This document shows, one piece after another, positions 26,100 to 35,720 of a DNA stretch of 64,000 nucleotides; within the stretch, counting starts at the first letter, position 1, and each line of letters begins with the position of its first letter. The translations under genes and the position numbers were made by a program. The notes beneath the pieces were generated by a model, which saw only the letters and a program-made list of their open reading frames with translations, was not told the origin of the DNA and searched no databases. The stretch comes from Elusimicrobiota bacterium (GTDB lineage Bacteria; Elusimicrobiota; Elusimicrobia; UBA1565): assembly GCA_043827405.1 (NCBI GenBank), contig JBDRPD010000034.1:40175-104174 (forward strand), given 5' to 3'.

Positions 26100-26683
26100 G
26101 CGGGCGTTGGGCGGTTTTTCTCGACCGCGACGGCACGCTCAATGAGGAGGTCGGTTTGGTGTCCCGGCCCGAGCAGCTGGTTCTGCTGCCGGGTGCGGTC
26201 CGCGCGCTCAAGGCGCTGCGCGGAGCGGGGGCGCTTTTGGTCGTCGCGACCAACCAGCCGGTGGTCGCGCGCGGTCTTATCGACGAGGAAGCGCTCGCCG
26301 GAATTCATCAGCGCCTGCGGGAACTTCTCGCGGAGGAAGGGGTCTCATTGGACGCAATATACTACTGCCCGCACCACCCGGAAAAGGGACATCCGGAGGC
26401 GCCGGATCCGCGCTACCGGCGGGACTGCTCCTGCCGCAAGCCCAAGCCGGGGATGATCCTCTCGGCGGCAGAACGTTTCGGCGTCGATATGGCGCGTTCG
26501 TTTTTTGTCGGCGACAGTACGCGCGATGTCGCCGCGGCCCGCGCCGCGGGGTGCCGGCCGGTGCTGGTGCGCACGGGATTCGCCGGGCGCGACGGGAAAT
26601 GTCCGGAGGCGCGGCCCGACGCGGAGGTCGCGGATATCGCCGCGGCGGCGGATTGGATACTCGGACCGGCGGGGGCGCATTGA
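26096..26683 (+). CDS. gmhB: D,D-heptose 1,7-bisphosphate phosphatase (HAD-IIIA)
   Basis: 'FLDRDGTLN', 'TNQ', 'YYCPHHP', 'C.CRKPKPGM', 'GDS..D'. Confidence 0.88.
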   Translation: MSGRWAVFLDRDGTLNEEVGLVSRPEQLVLLPGAVRALKALRGAGALLVVATNQPVVARGLIDEEALAGIHQRLRELLAEEGVSLDAIYYCPHHPEKGHPEAPDPRYRRDCSCRKPKPGMILSAAERFGVDMARSFFVGDSTRDVAAARAAGCRPVLVRTGFAGRDGKCPEARPDAEVADIAAAADWILGPAGAH

Positions 26684-27651
26684 TCCTCTCAAAAACGCCG
26701 TTTCGCATCAGCTTCGCGGGCGGAGGCACGGATCTGTCTTCGTTTTACCGCAATGAGCCGGGAGCCGTCGTCTCCACGGCGATCGACAAGTATATGTATG
26801 TGACGATCAATAAGTACTTCGAAGATCAGGTGATCCTGAAGTACTCGCGCACCGAACAGGTGGAGAGCGTGCTCCAGGTCCGCCATCCCCTGATTCGCGA
26901 GTCGATGCGGCTGACCGGGGTGCGGCGGGGTATTGAGATTACTTCCATGGCCGATATCGTCGGCGGGACCGGGCTGGGTTCGTCGTCGAGCTTCACCGTC
27001 GGCGCGCTGCATGTCCTGCATGCGTTTAAGGGCGAACGTGTCTCGGCCCGGCGGCTGGCTCGGGAAGCCTGCGAGGTCGAGATCCGGCGCGTTCGGGAAC
27101 CGATCGGCAAACAGGATCAGTATATCGCCGCTTACGGCGGTTTTCAGTTTATTGAGTTCATGCCTGATGAAGCCGTGCGCGTTTCCCCGATCAAGTGTCC
27201 GTCCGAGAAGCTCCGTCGTCTCGACGGCAGCCTGCTGCTTTTTTACACGGGAAAGACGCGGCGCGCCAATACCATACTTAAGGGCGTACGGGACGGAATG
27301 CGTTCCAGGAAAGATATGATGCGCGCGCTGCGGAAGCTGGCCGACGACACCCGCCGGGAGCTGCAGCGCGGGAACGTCGAGAATATGGGGCGGCTGCTGC
27401 ACGAAGGCTGGCTTATCAAGCGGGACCTGCATGGCGGCATATCCAGCCCGGAGATCAACCAGGTCTACGCGCGGGCGCGCCGGGCGGGCGCCGCGGGCGG
27501 AAAGATTTTGGGCGCCGGCGGCGGCGGTTTCCTCCTGCTGTACGCGAGCAGGGGAAAGCAGGCCTCGGTGCGCCGGGCCATGCGCGGTTGGCGCGAAGTT
27601 CGTTTTCGGTTCGAGCCGGAGGGTTCGAAAATTATCCACATAGACCGTTGA
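26680..27651 (+). CDS. hddA: D-glycero-alpha-D-manno-heptose-7-phosphate kinase (GHMP)
   Basis: 'TPFRISFAGGGTD', 'GTGLGSSS', 'IGKQDQY', 'GGKILGAGGGGF'; TTG start overlapping gmhB stop. Confidence 0.85.
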   Translation: MILSKTPFRISFAGGGTDLSSFYRNEPGAVVSTAIDKYMYVTINKYFEDQVILKYSRTEQVESVLQVRHPLIRESMRLTGVRRGIEITSMADIVGGTGLGSSSSFTVGALHVLHAFKGERVSARRLAREACEVEIRRVREPIGKQDQYIAAYGGFQFIEFMPDEAVRVSPIKCPSEKLRRLDGSLLLFYTGKTRRANTILKGVRDGMRSRKDMMRALRKLADDTRRELQRGNVENMGRLLHEGWLIKRDLHGGISSPEINQVYARARRAGAAGGKILGAGGGGFLLLYASRGKQASVRRAMRGWREVRFRFEPEGSKIIHIDR

Positions 27652-27658
27652 GGATTTT

Positions 27659-28288
27659 ATGATCAAGGAAAAGAAGCGGCCGGGACTGGCCGCCGCAAAT
27701 TTTACCGGGACCGGCCCCGGGGGGCTGAGCCCCGAAAATTTCGCGCGCTGGTATCGCGAGGTGGAGATCGAACAATGGGGAAAGCTGGACATGAAGGCGG
27801 TTTCCCGGATCGCCAAGGCGCTGGAGCTCGCTGAGCGGCGCAAGCGGCATGTTTTTGTGATGGGCAACGGCGGCTCGGCGGCCACCGCATCGCATATCGC
27901 AACAGACTGGGCCAAGACGGCTGAGCGGCCGGGCAAGCCCCTGCTGCGCTGCATCTCGCTCAACGATAATGTGCCCTTTATGACCGCGATCAGCAACGAT
28001 TTGGACTACGAGGACCTGTTCGTGCGCCAGCTGCAGAGCTTTCTGCAGCGCGGCGACGTCGTCGTGCTCATCAGCGGCAGCGGCAATTCGCCCAATGTGG
28101 TCAAAGCGGCAAAGTACGCCAAGCGGCAAGGCGCGAAAGTGATCGGCTTCACCGGCTTTACCGGCGGCAGGCTGCGGAAGCTGGCGGATATCACGCTCCA
28201 CATAGACAGCGACCAATACGGCGTGATCGAGGACCTGCATATGGCGGTGGGCTCGCTGATCGCGTTCTATCTGAAGCAGCGCAAGTGA
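27659..28288 (+). CDS. gmhA: Phosphoheptose isomerase (SIS domain)
   Basis: 'GNGGSAATASH', 'TAISND', 'ISGSGNSPN', 'GFTGGRL', 'EDLH'. Confidence 0.85.
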   Translation: MIKEKKRPGLAAANFTGTGPGGLSPENFARWYREVEIEQWGKLDMKAVSRIAKALELAERRKRHVFVMGNGGSAATASHIATDWAKTAERPGKPLLRCISLNDNVPFMTAISNDLDYEDLFVRQLQSFLQRGDVVVLISGSGNSPNVVKAAKYAKRQGAKVIGFTGFTGGRLRKLADITLHIDSDQYGVIEDLHMAVGSLIAFYLKQRK

Positions 28289-29013
28289 AGCTATCGGTCA
28301 TTTTCCCCGTCTATAATGAGCGGGCGACCGTCCGCGAGATCCTTGATCGGGTGCTTGGTTTTTCAATGGCGGGGCTGGAGGTGGAAGTCCTTATTGTCGA
28401 GGGGAATTCTACCGACGGTACGCGTGAGATCATCCGTGAGTATGAAAAGCGTCCCCATGTCCGCGTCTTCTACGAGGAGCGTCCGCGGGGGAAGGGCGCG
28501 GCGGTGCGTACCGGGCTCAAGCATGTGCGCGGCGACATCGTGCTCATCCAGGACGGCGACCTGGAGTATAAGGTCGAGGATTATCCGAAGGTGCTGGCTC
28601 CGATCCTGGAGGGCAAAGCTGAAATTGTGTTCGGTTCGCGGGCGATGGAAGTTTCCACCCGCTGGCAGTACCGCAAGTTCGGCGGTTGCGAGCGGTTCTA
28701 CGGCTTCTTCGTCAATATGGGGGGCGTTCTATTTACCGGTCTGTTTAATTTCCTCTACGGTACGCACTTGAGCGACGGCGCTACGATGTTCAAGGTCTAC
28801 CGTGCCGATCTGCTCAAGGACCTGAACCTGAAGAGCGACGGCTTTGACTACGACTGGGAGATGCAGGGCAAGCTGGCCAAGCGCGGACACAAGTTTTATG
28901 AGACGCCGATATCGTATAAGGCCCGGAGCCGCGAGGAAGGCAAGAAGATCGTCTTCTGGCGTGACGGGATCAAGGTGCTCTTGGCGATTCTGAGGTACCG
29001 TTTTTGCGACTGA
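28285..29013 (+). CDS. GT2 (DPM synthase-like)
   Basis: 'PVYNE', 'STDGT', 'RGKGAAV', 'QDGDLEY', 'FGSR', 'PISY.AR..EEGKKI..RDG'. Confidence 0.88.
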   Translation: MKLSVIFPVYNERATVREILDRVLGFSMAGLEVEVLIVEGNSTDGTREIIREYEKRPHVRVFYEERPRGKGAAVRTGLKHVRGDIVLIQDGDLEYKVEDYPKVLAPILEGKAEIVFGSRAMEVSTRWQYRKFGGCERFYGFFVNMGGVLFTGLFNFLYGTHLSDGATMFKVYRADLLKDLNLKSDGFDYDWEMQGKLAKRGHKFYETPISYKARSREEGKKIVFWRDGIKVLLAILRYRFCD

Positions 29014-30251
29014 ACCGCCTGCTGCGCTCCGAGCTGTTTTGGGTGCTGGGCGCGCTCGCCCTGCGCGCGGCTTTCGCTCTCCGGCTGGGAGGACGCTTCT
29101 ACCAGGCCGATGAGAACGGCTTCACCGCGGTCGCCCGAAGTCTGGCGTGTAGCGGGGTTTACGGCATCGACGGCGAACCTACGGTCGGAGCCCTCGGGGC
29201 GCCGTTGTTTTTCAGCGCGTTTTACCGCCTATGGGACGGCCCGCAGCTGGCGCGTTTGGCGCAGGCGGTCCTCGCGACGGCCACCGCCTGGGGTATCGGA
29301 AGGATGACGCGCGATGCGGCGGATTCGCGGCGCGCCGGACTGCTCGCGCTGGCGGTCGCCTCCGTCTACCCCTTCTTTGTCTACTACTCCGGCATGCTGA
29401 TGTCGGAGACGCTCTATATCGCGGCGGCGGTCGCGGGGTTGTGGGCGCTCGCGCGCAGCCTGCGCGAGCGGGGAGCGGTGGAGTGGCGGGCGGCGGCGGC
29501 CGGGCTTGCCCTGTCGGCCGCGGGCCTGACGCGTACCGAGGGCGTTCCCATCGCCCTGGTTTTATGGGGCGCGCTGGCGCTGTTGTGCCTGCTGCGGCGC
29601 TATGCCTGGCGTTCTCTGGTGCTGGCCGTGGTCTGCTGGGCGCTGCCGCTGGGCGGCTGGGCCGCGCGCAACGGCGCCGTGAGTGGCAAGGCGACGCTGG
29701 ATCTGCACGGGGGATACACGCTGCTGTGCGGGACCATGTATTTCGAGCAGGACCAGCAGGATACGGTGTTCTGCAAGCGTGCGCTGGAAGCCTCGCCGCT
29801 GTACCGGGAGGCGCGCGGGCTCGGCGAGGCGCAGCGGGACGCGCTGTATTTTAGCGCCGCCCTGAACCATATGCGCGAGCATCCGGCCGCGACGCTGCGC
29901 CAGTGGGGCCGCAAGACGGTGAATTTCTGGCGCCTCTATCCCCGTACGGATAAGGTCTACCCGGACGATGCGCACGCGCAGCCGAGCGCGGGCGCGAGCC
30001 GCCGGGCCTTGGTGGCGGTCAGCCTGGTATTCGAGCCGCTGCTGATCTTCGCGGGGCTGGCCGGCGCCTGGCGCCTGCGGAGGCGGCTGCATTTTTTGTT
30101 TCCCTTCTACTGGCTGGTCCTGGCCACCTTCGCGGTGCATGTCATCGTGGTCAGCCAGATGCGCTACCGCCTGCCGGTTATGCCGTTTATGATCCTGTTC
30201 GCCTGCGCGTGGGCGGACCGTGTTCTTCCCGGGGCGGAGGAGGACGCATGA
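29004..30251 (+). CDS. PMT/ArnT-like GT-C membrane glycosyltransferase
   Basis: 'QADE' after TM1, 'YP..VYYS...MSETL', 'FWRLYP', 'RYRLPVMP'; start uncertain. Confidence 0.8.
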   Translation: MRLNRLLRSELFWVLGALALRAAFALRLGGRFYQADENGFTAVARSLACSGVYGIDGEPTVGALGAPLFFSAFYRLWDGPQLARLAQAVLATATAWGIGRMTRDAADSRRAGLLALAVASVYPFFVYYSGMLMSETLYIAAAVAGLWALARSLRERGAVEWRAAAAGLALSAAGLTRTEGVPIALVLWGALALLCLLRRYAWRSLVLAVVCWALPLGGWAARNGAVSGKATLDLHGGYTLLCGTMYFEQDQQDTVFCKRALEASPLYREARGLGEAQRDALYFSAALNHMREHPAATLRQWGRKTVNFWRLYPRTDKVYPDDAHAQPSAGASRRALVAVSLVFEPLLIFAGLAGAWRLRRRLHFLFPFYWLVLATFAVHVIVVSQMRYRLPVMPFMILFACAWADRVLPGAEEDA

Positions 30252-31912
30252 CGGGGCGGCGGGGAGCGGGGCTGCTGCTGGCGATCGCGGCGACGGCGTT
30301 GTTCCTGCGCTGGACGGGAATCGACTACGGCCTGCCGCAGGTCTTTAATTCGGACGAGCCGCATCATGTCAGCGTCGCGGTTTCCTTCGGGCGAGGGAGC
30401 CTCGATCCCGGGGTGTTTAAGTATCCGACGCTGTGGATGTACGTGCTGTTCGCCGCCTATGGCGTCTATTTTCTGCTGTGGTCGGGGCTCGGCCTGCTGC
30501 ATTCCGCGCGCGAGTTCGGCGAGCTGTTCGTGCGCGATCCGGCCGGGTTCTATCTGCTTGCGCGCGCGCTGGCCGCCGCCCTTTCACTGGCGGCGGTCTA
30601 TGCGGTCTATCGCGCGGGCGAAAAACGGATCGGTTTGTGGGCGGGGGCGCTGCTCGCCGTTTCGCCGACCTTGATCGTGTCGGCGCACGCGGCCAAGCCG
30701 GAATCGCTGATGCTGCTGTGGTCCGCGCTGGCCTTCGGCTGCGCGCTGCGCTATCTGACGGGAGGGCGCGAACGCATGCTGTGGCTGTGCGGCGCCGGCG
30801 TCGGGCTGGCGGTCTCCACGCAGTATAATGCGGCGCCCCTGGCGGCGCTGGTCCCCGCGGCCTGGTGGGCGCGCCGGATCGCCGGCGGGAAGTCCGCGCG
30901 GCGGCCGGGAGCGAAAGAGTGGGCGGAGTTGGCGCGGGCGGCGGCCTGGATTCCGGCGGCTTTTCTTCTGGGCTCTCCGTATGTGCTGCTGAACTGGAGC
31001 GCATTTTACCGCGATGCCCTCGACCATATGATGCTTAACGCCCTCGGCCGCCCGGCCGGCGGCATCGTGCTCTACAATGCCGCCCGCTTCGCCGGCCAAG
31101 CGGCGGTCGGCGCCGTCCTGCTCCTCGCCGGCGCCTGGCACCTCGCGCGCCATGACCGTCCGCGGGCCGTGGTGCTGCTCGTCCCGACCGCATGCGTTTT
31201 GCTCGGCATCGGATTGGCGCCGGAAGGCTATTGGGAGCGCTATCTGCTGGCGGCGTATCCGGCGCTGGCGCTGATCGCCGCTTATGGCGTGGAGGCGGCC
31301 GCGGCGCGCGTCAAGCGCATACCTCTCGACGACCGCGCCGTCCGGGCGGTGGTGGCGGCCGGCCTTATGCTTCCCGGCGCGCTGCAGTCGCATGCCCATA
31401 ATCGCGCGCTGCTCCTGCCGGATACGCGGACGCTGTCGACCCAGTGGGTCGAGCATCATATCCCGCCGGGGGCATCTGTCCTGATCGATCAGGATCATGC
31501 CTCGCCGCGCCTGGGCTATAGCCGGGCGCAGGCGGAAGAGCTGCTGGAAACGACGCGCGCCGCCGGACATCCGCGCGCGGCCTACTACCGGCTCATGGTC
31601 AGCGGCCATCCGGGGGGCGGCTACCGGGTGCAGCAGATTCTGCGGGATTACGCCGACCTCCATTCGGGCGGCTGGCACACGTCATGGTCCGCGCAGGGCC
31701 GGAGCATGATCGATGTGCGGCCCGGTCTGCAGGCGGCGCGCGCCGCCGGGGTGGAATATGTCGTTTTGACCAGTTTTGGGGCCCGGCTCGACCGGTCGCC
31801 CGAGCTTGTGAGTTTCCTGCGCGAGACGGAGCTGCGCGGGACGCTGCTGAAGGAGTTCCGCGGCATCCCGGGCGTAACGTCCGGGCCGAGAATCCGCATC
31901 TATCGCATATAG
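30248..31912 (+). CDS. PMT/ArnT-like GT-C membrane glycosyltransferase
   Basis: 'GIDYGLP..FNSDE', 'P..FKYP', 'AH.AKPE', 'GSPY', 'RYLL..YP', 'DTR....WV..HIPPGA'. Confidence 0.82.
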   Translation: MTGRRGAGLLLAIAATALFLRWTGIDYGLPQVFNSDEPHHVSVAVSFGRGSLDPGVFKYPTLWMYVLFAAYGVYFLLWSGLGLLHSAREFGELFVRDPAGFYLLARALAAALSLAAVYAVYRAGEKRIGLWAGALLAVSPTLIVSAHAAKPESLMLLWSALAFGCALRYLTGGRERMLWLCGAGVGLAVSTQYNAAPLAALVPAAWWARRIAGGKSARRPGAKEWAELARAAAWIPAAFLLGSPYVLLNWSAFYRDALDHMMLNALGRPAGGIVLYNAARFAGQAAVGAVLLLAGAWHLARHDRPRAVVLLVPTACVLLGIGLAPEGYWERYLLAAYPALALIAAYGVEAAAARVKRIPLDDRAVRAVVAAGLMLPGALQSHAHNRALLLPDTRTLSTQWVEHHIPPGASVLIDQDHASPRLGYSRAQAEELLETTRAAGHPRAAYYRLMVSGHPGGGYRVQQILRDYADLHSGGWHTSWSAQGRSMIDVRPGLQAARAAGVEYVVLTSFGARLDRSPELVSFLRETELRGTLLKEFRGIPGVTSGPRIRIYRI

Positions 31913-31921
31913 GACGCGCCG

Positions 31922-32677
31922 ATGAAGGGAGAAAATAAAGTTATCGTGGTGCTTCCCGCCTACAACGCGGAGAAGACGCTGGAGAAAACGATTCGCGACA
32001 TCCCGCCGGGCTCCGTCGACGAGATGATTTTGGTCGACGACTGCTCCATGGACGGCACGGTGGAGCTGTCGCGCCGGCTGGGGCTGACAACGATCGTCCA
32101 TGAAAAGAATATCGGATACGGCGGCAACCAAAAGACCTGCTACCGGGAAGCGCTCAAGCGCGGCGCCGACATCGTTATCATGATCCACCCGGACTATCAA
32201 TACGACTCGCGGGTGACGCCGTTTTTGTCCGGGCTGATCATCAACGACGTCGCGGATTTCGTGCTCGGCAATCGTATCCGTACCCGGCGGGAGGCGCTGG
32301 CTGGCGGCATGCCCGTATGGAAGTATGTGGCCAACAGGCTGCTGACGGCCTTCGAGAACCTGTTTGCCGGACAAAATCTCGGGGAGTGGCATTCCGGTCT
32401 GCGCGCGTATTCGCGCGAGATCCTTGAGACCATTCCTTGGGAGAAGAACTCGGACGACTTCGTGTTCGATCAGCAGTTTCTGCACCAGGCCGCATATCTC
32501 GGCTTCCGTATGGGCGATATCCCGGTTGCCGCCCGGTATTTTGCCGAAGCGTCATCGATCAACTTCCGCCGCAGCGTGGTCTACGGGCTGAGCTCGCTGG
32601 GGGTCATGTTCTGGGTGCTGGTCGCGCGCTGCGGATTATGGACGCATCCCATACTGCGGTCCGTTAAAACGCGATGA
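31922..32677 (+). CDS. GT2 (DPM synthase-like)
   Basis: '[11 protein letters not shown]', 'VDDCS.D.T', '[12 protein letters not shown]', 'HPDYQYD', 'E.HSG.RAY', 'YF.EASSINF'. Confidence 0.9.
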   Translation: MKGENKVIVVLPAYNAEKTLEKTIRDIPPGSVDEMILVDDCSMDGTVELSRRLGLTTIVHEKNIGYGGNQKTCYREALKRGADIVIMIHPDYQYDSRVTPFLSGLIINDVADFVLGNRIRTRREALAGGMPVWKYVANRLLTAFENLFAGQNLGEWHSGLRAYSREILETIPWEKNSDDFVFDQQFLHQAAYLGFRMGDIPVAARYFAEASSINFRRSVVYGLSSLGVMFWVLVARCGLWTHPILRSVKTR

Positions 32678-34680
32678 AAAGAGCGCTGCCGGGCATCTTC
32701 GCCGGATTTATCCTGCTGCTCGCGGTGCATCTTTGCCTATCGTATTTCAGCGGGGCGGTCGCCGGCGGGCTGATCTCGGCCGCCATGTTCGCGCTGGTGT
32801 TTCTGACGGCGGCCGCTGGCGGGCGCATCCTGCTGCGGCTGTTCGCCGTGCGCGGAATCAGCGAGTCCGAGAAGACCTTGATCGGCGCCACGCTGGGCCT
32901 GGGGCTACTGACGCAGGCGATGCTGCTCATCGGCATGGCGGGAGTCCTTAAGCCGTGGGCTGTTTCGCTCCTGCTGGGACTGTTCTGGATTATCGGCTTC
33001 ACTGAAATGCGGGATCTGCTCCGGTCGCTTACGTCGAACCTGAGCTTGCTGCGGGACCGGCCCGTGCTCTCGGGCGGGATTCTGCTGCTGTTGGCGGTCT
33101 TGTTCTGCCTGACCTGGGTCCCGCCGCATCACTACGATTCCCTGGTCTATCACCTCGCCCTGCCGTCGGCCTATATTCGCGCCGGCCGGATTTTCACGGT
33201 CCCGCATCTGCTGTACTCGCATTTTCCGCAGAACGGCGAGATGCTCTATACGCTGGCGCTGCTGCTGGGGTCGGATGTTCTGGCTCAGATGTTCACTTGG
33301 CTGGGCACCTTTTTAAGCGTGTGGTGGCTCTTTGAGATGGGCAAGCACGAGCTCCCGATCGTCGTCGTGCTCGGCGCCTGCCTGCTGACGGTCACGCATA
33401 CGGCGGTCATGCTGCTGACGCCGACGGCTTATGTGGAGTGCCTGGTGATGCTGTGGCTTACGGCGTCGGTGCTTTCTTTTCTGCGCTGGCGCATGGATTC
33501 CGATATCGAAGTCTCCCAGCGGGGCTGGCTGGCGATGGCGGGCGTGTTCGCGGGCTTGGGGGTGGGTACCAAATATTACGCCGGCATCTGTCCCGCCCTG
33601 ATCGCCCTGTACCTCGCGACGCAGTGGCTGCGCATGCGGCCGTGGTCCCAAGGCGGGACCTATGTGCGCGGCCGCCTTTGGGACGCGGCGGCGTTCTGCG
33701 CGCCGGCACTGCTGTTCGGCGCGCCCTGGCTGGTCAAGAACGCCGTGGTGGTCGGCAATCCCGTTTTCCCTTTTCTCTACGACGTGCTTCCGCCCCGGGG
33801 GATCGCTTGGGGGGTGACGAACGCTGAACGGTACTTCGGTTTCCTGGTGGAATACGGCCATGCGCGGGGCGCGTTTCTTAAGGACCTGCTGCAGTTCCCC
33901 TATCTGGCCGCGGCGGGATCGACGCGCTTCGGCGGCGGCGCCGATGTCCTGGGAAATCTGGGCTGGGGGCTTGTTTTTGCGGCCTTGCCGGCGACGGTGT
34001 GGGCCGCCTGGGGCAACCGGTTTCTCCGCTGGGCGCTGTTCTACTGTCTGGCGCATTGGCTGATCTGGTTCAATACGGGCGTGGTCATGCGCTTTTTGAC
34101 CGTCCTGGTGCCTCTGCTCAGCCTGCTGACGGCGCATGGTCTTTACAAGGTCTGGCAGCGTCTGGGGACCGCCGGCCGGGCGACTCTTGGGACCGGGGTC
34201 GCGGTGCTGGTCGGCACAAATCTCGCGCTTTTTCTGTATGTGAATGCGCTGTTCGACAGCTTGCCGCTGCTGGTCGGCCTGAAGTCGCGCCGCGAGTATC
34301 TGGCCCAGAAGCTGGACTACTATCCCTGCGCGCGCCGCGCCCGGGGACTTTTGGGCGAAAATGATAAGATTCTCGTCGTCGGAGAACAGCGGGGCTACTA
34401 TGTGCCGCAGCCGCACGTAACGACCACCCCGATGGCGCCCAACCGCTTCGTGCGTATCGCCAATGAGTCGGCGGACGACGGCGAGCTCCGGCGGACGCTC
34501 AAAAAGGAGGGGTTCCGGTATATGCTTTTCGTCCCGCGCGAGGCTCGACGGCTCAATGCCGGCTGGGGCGTATTTCATTTCAGCGAACGGGGGCGTGAGA
34601 ACTGGACCGCGCTGGAGAAAGACGGCCTGGAGACCCTGTTTGACGTTAAGGGGCGGTGCGGCTTGTACCGGATATTATGA
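32674..34680 (+). CDS. GT-C-like multi-pass membrane glycosyltransferase
   Basis: '[10 protein letters not shown]', 'HFPQNGEM', 'GTKY', 'PW.VKN....GNPVFPF', 'RF' motifs. Confidence 0.75.
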   Translation: MKRALPGIFAGFILLLAVHLCLSYFSGAVAGGLISAAMFALVFLTAAAGGRILLRLFAVRGISESEKTLIGATLGLGLLTQAMLLIGMAGVLKPWAVSLLLGLFWIIGFTEMRDLLRSLTSNLSLLRDRPVLSGGILLLLAVLFCLTWVPPHHYDSLVYHLALPSAYIRAGRIFTVPHLLYSHFPQNGEMLYTLALLLGSDVLAQMFTWLGTFLSVWWLFEMGKHELPIVVVLGACLLTVTHTAVMLLTPTAYVECLVMLWLTASVLSFLRWRMDSDIEVSQRGWLAMAGVFAGLGVGTKYYAGICPALIALYLATQWLRMRPWSQGGTYVRGRLWDAAAFCAPALLFGAPWLVKNAVVVGNPVFPFLYDVLPPRGIAWGVTNAERYFGFLVEYGHARGAFLKDLLQFPYLAAAGSTRFGGGADVLGNLGWGLVFAALPATVWAAWGNRFLRWALFYCLAHWLIWFNTGVVMRFLTVLVPLLSLLTAHGLYKVWQRLGTAGRATLGTGVAVLVGTNLALFLYVNALFDSLPLLVGLKSRREYLAQKLDYYPCARRARGLLGENDKILVVGEQRGYYVPQPHVTTTPMAPNRFVRIANESADDGELRRTLKKEGFRYMLFVPREARRLNAGWGVFHFSERGRENWTALEKDGLETLFDVKGRCGLYRIL

Positions 34681-35720
34681 TGCCCGAGCTGTCCCAAAAG
34701 TGGCTGTATATCATCGCCGTTCTGATCGCTTTCGTTCTGTCCGTCTGCGCCACCCCGCTCGTGCGCCTCGCCGCCGTTAAGATGGGCTGGTACGATACGC
34801 CGGAGAGCGAGATCAAGACGCATAAGGTGGCGACGCCGTCCTTGGGCGGCGTCGCGATATGGATCGCTTTTGCCGGGACTTTGGTCGCGATGCGGTTTCT
34901 GACCAACTTTCCCACCGGCACGCTGTACCGGCTGCGCGCGATCCTGATCGGCGGCGGGCTGGTCTTCCTGCTGGGGATAGTCGACGACCTGCGCAAGCCG
35001 CAGGGGCTCGGCTGGAAGAGCAAGTTCGTCGTGCAAATCGCGGCGGCCGCGCTGCTGGTGCATTTCGGCATTGAAATACGCTTTATCCAGCCCCATAATC
35101 TCGGCGTGATTCTGACGATCCTGTGGGTCGTCGGCATCTGCAACGCTTTCAATATCATCGATATCATGGACGGCCTGGCGTCGAGTCAGGCGGTGGTGGC
35201 CTCCCTGGGCTTTCTTCTGATCGCGCTGCCGTCTGAGGATATCTACGTCAACTTCGGGGCGGCGGCGCTGGTGGGCGCGGCGCTGGGTTTTTTCCCGTGG
35301 AACATGTCGTCGCGCTACAAGATCTTCATGGGGGACTCCGGTTCCCTGCTTTTGGGTTTCGTGCTGGCGGCGCTGGCGCTGGGCACCGACTATACGCAAG
35401 TCAACCCCTTCGGCTACTACGCGCCGATCTTCATCCTCCTGGTGCCGATCTTCGACACCCTGTACGTGATGGTCATCCGCATGATGCGGGGACGGTCCCC
35501 GTTTTTAGGCTCGAAGGACCATTTCGCGCTGCGGCTGGAGCGCATGGGCCTCAACCGGCTGCAGGTGGTGCTGCTTAGCCTGCTGGCGGCGGTTTTTCTT
35601 ACCGTATGCGCCTGGCTGGTTACCATAGTCGGCACGATGTGGGCGATCCTTATCTACTTTGTGGTCGGGTCCTGGGTGGCCATTCTGTCCTGGCATTTGT
35701 CGAAGGTGGATATGCGATGA
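34677..35720 (+). CDS. WecA/TagO-like (MraY family) polyprenyl-phosphate sugar-1-phosphate transferase
   Basis: 'KTH..TP.LGG', 'GIVDD', 'NAFNIIDIMDGL', 'IFMGDSGS', 'PIFDT', 'DHF..RL'. Confidence 0.9.
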   Translation: MMPELSQKWLYIIAVLIAFVLSVCATPLVRLAAVKMGWYDTPESEIKTHKVATPSLGGVAIWIAFAGTLVAMRFLTNFPTGTLYRLRAILIGGGLVFLLGIVDDLRKPQGLGWKSKFVVQIAAAALLVHFGIEIRFIQPHNLGVILTILWVVGICNAFNIIDIMDGLASSQAVVASLGFLLIALPSEDIYVNFGAAALVGAALGFFPWNMSSRYKIFMGDSGSLLLGFVLAALALGTDYTQVNPFGYYAPIFILLVPIFDTLYVMVIRMMRGRSPFLGSKDHFALRLERMGLNRLQVVLLSLLAAVFLTVCAWLVTIVGTMWAILIYFVVGSWVAILSWHLSKVDMR

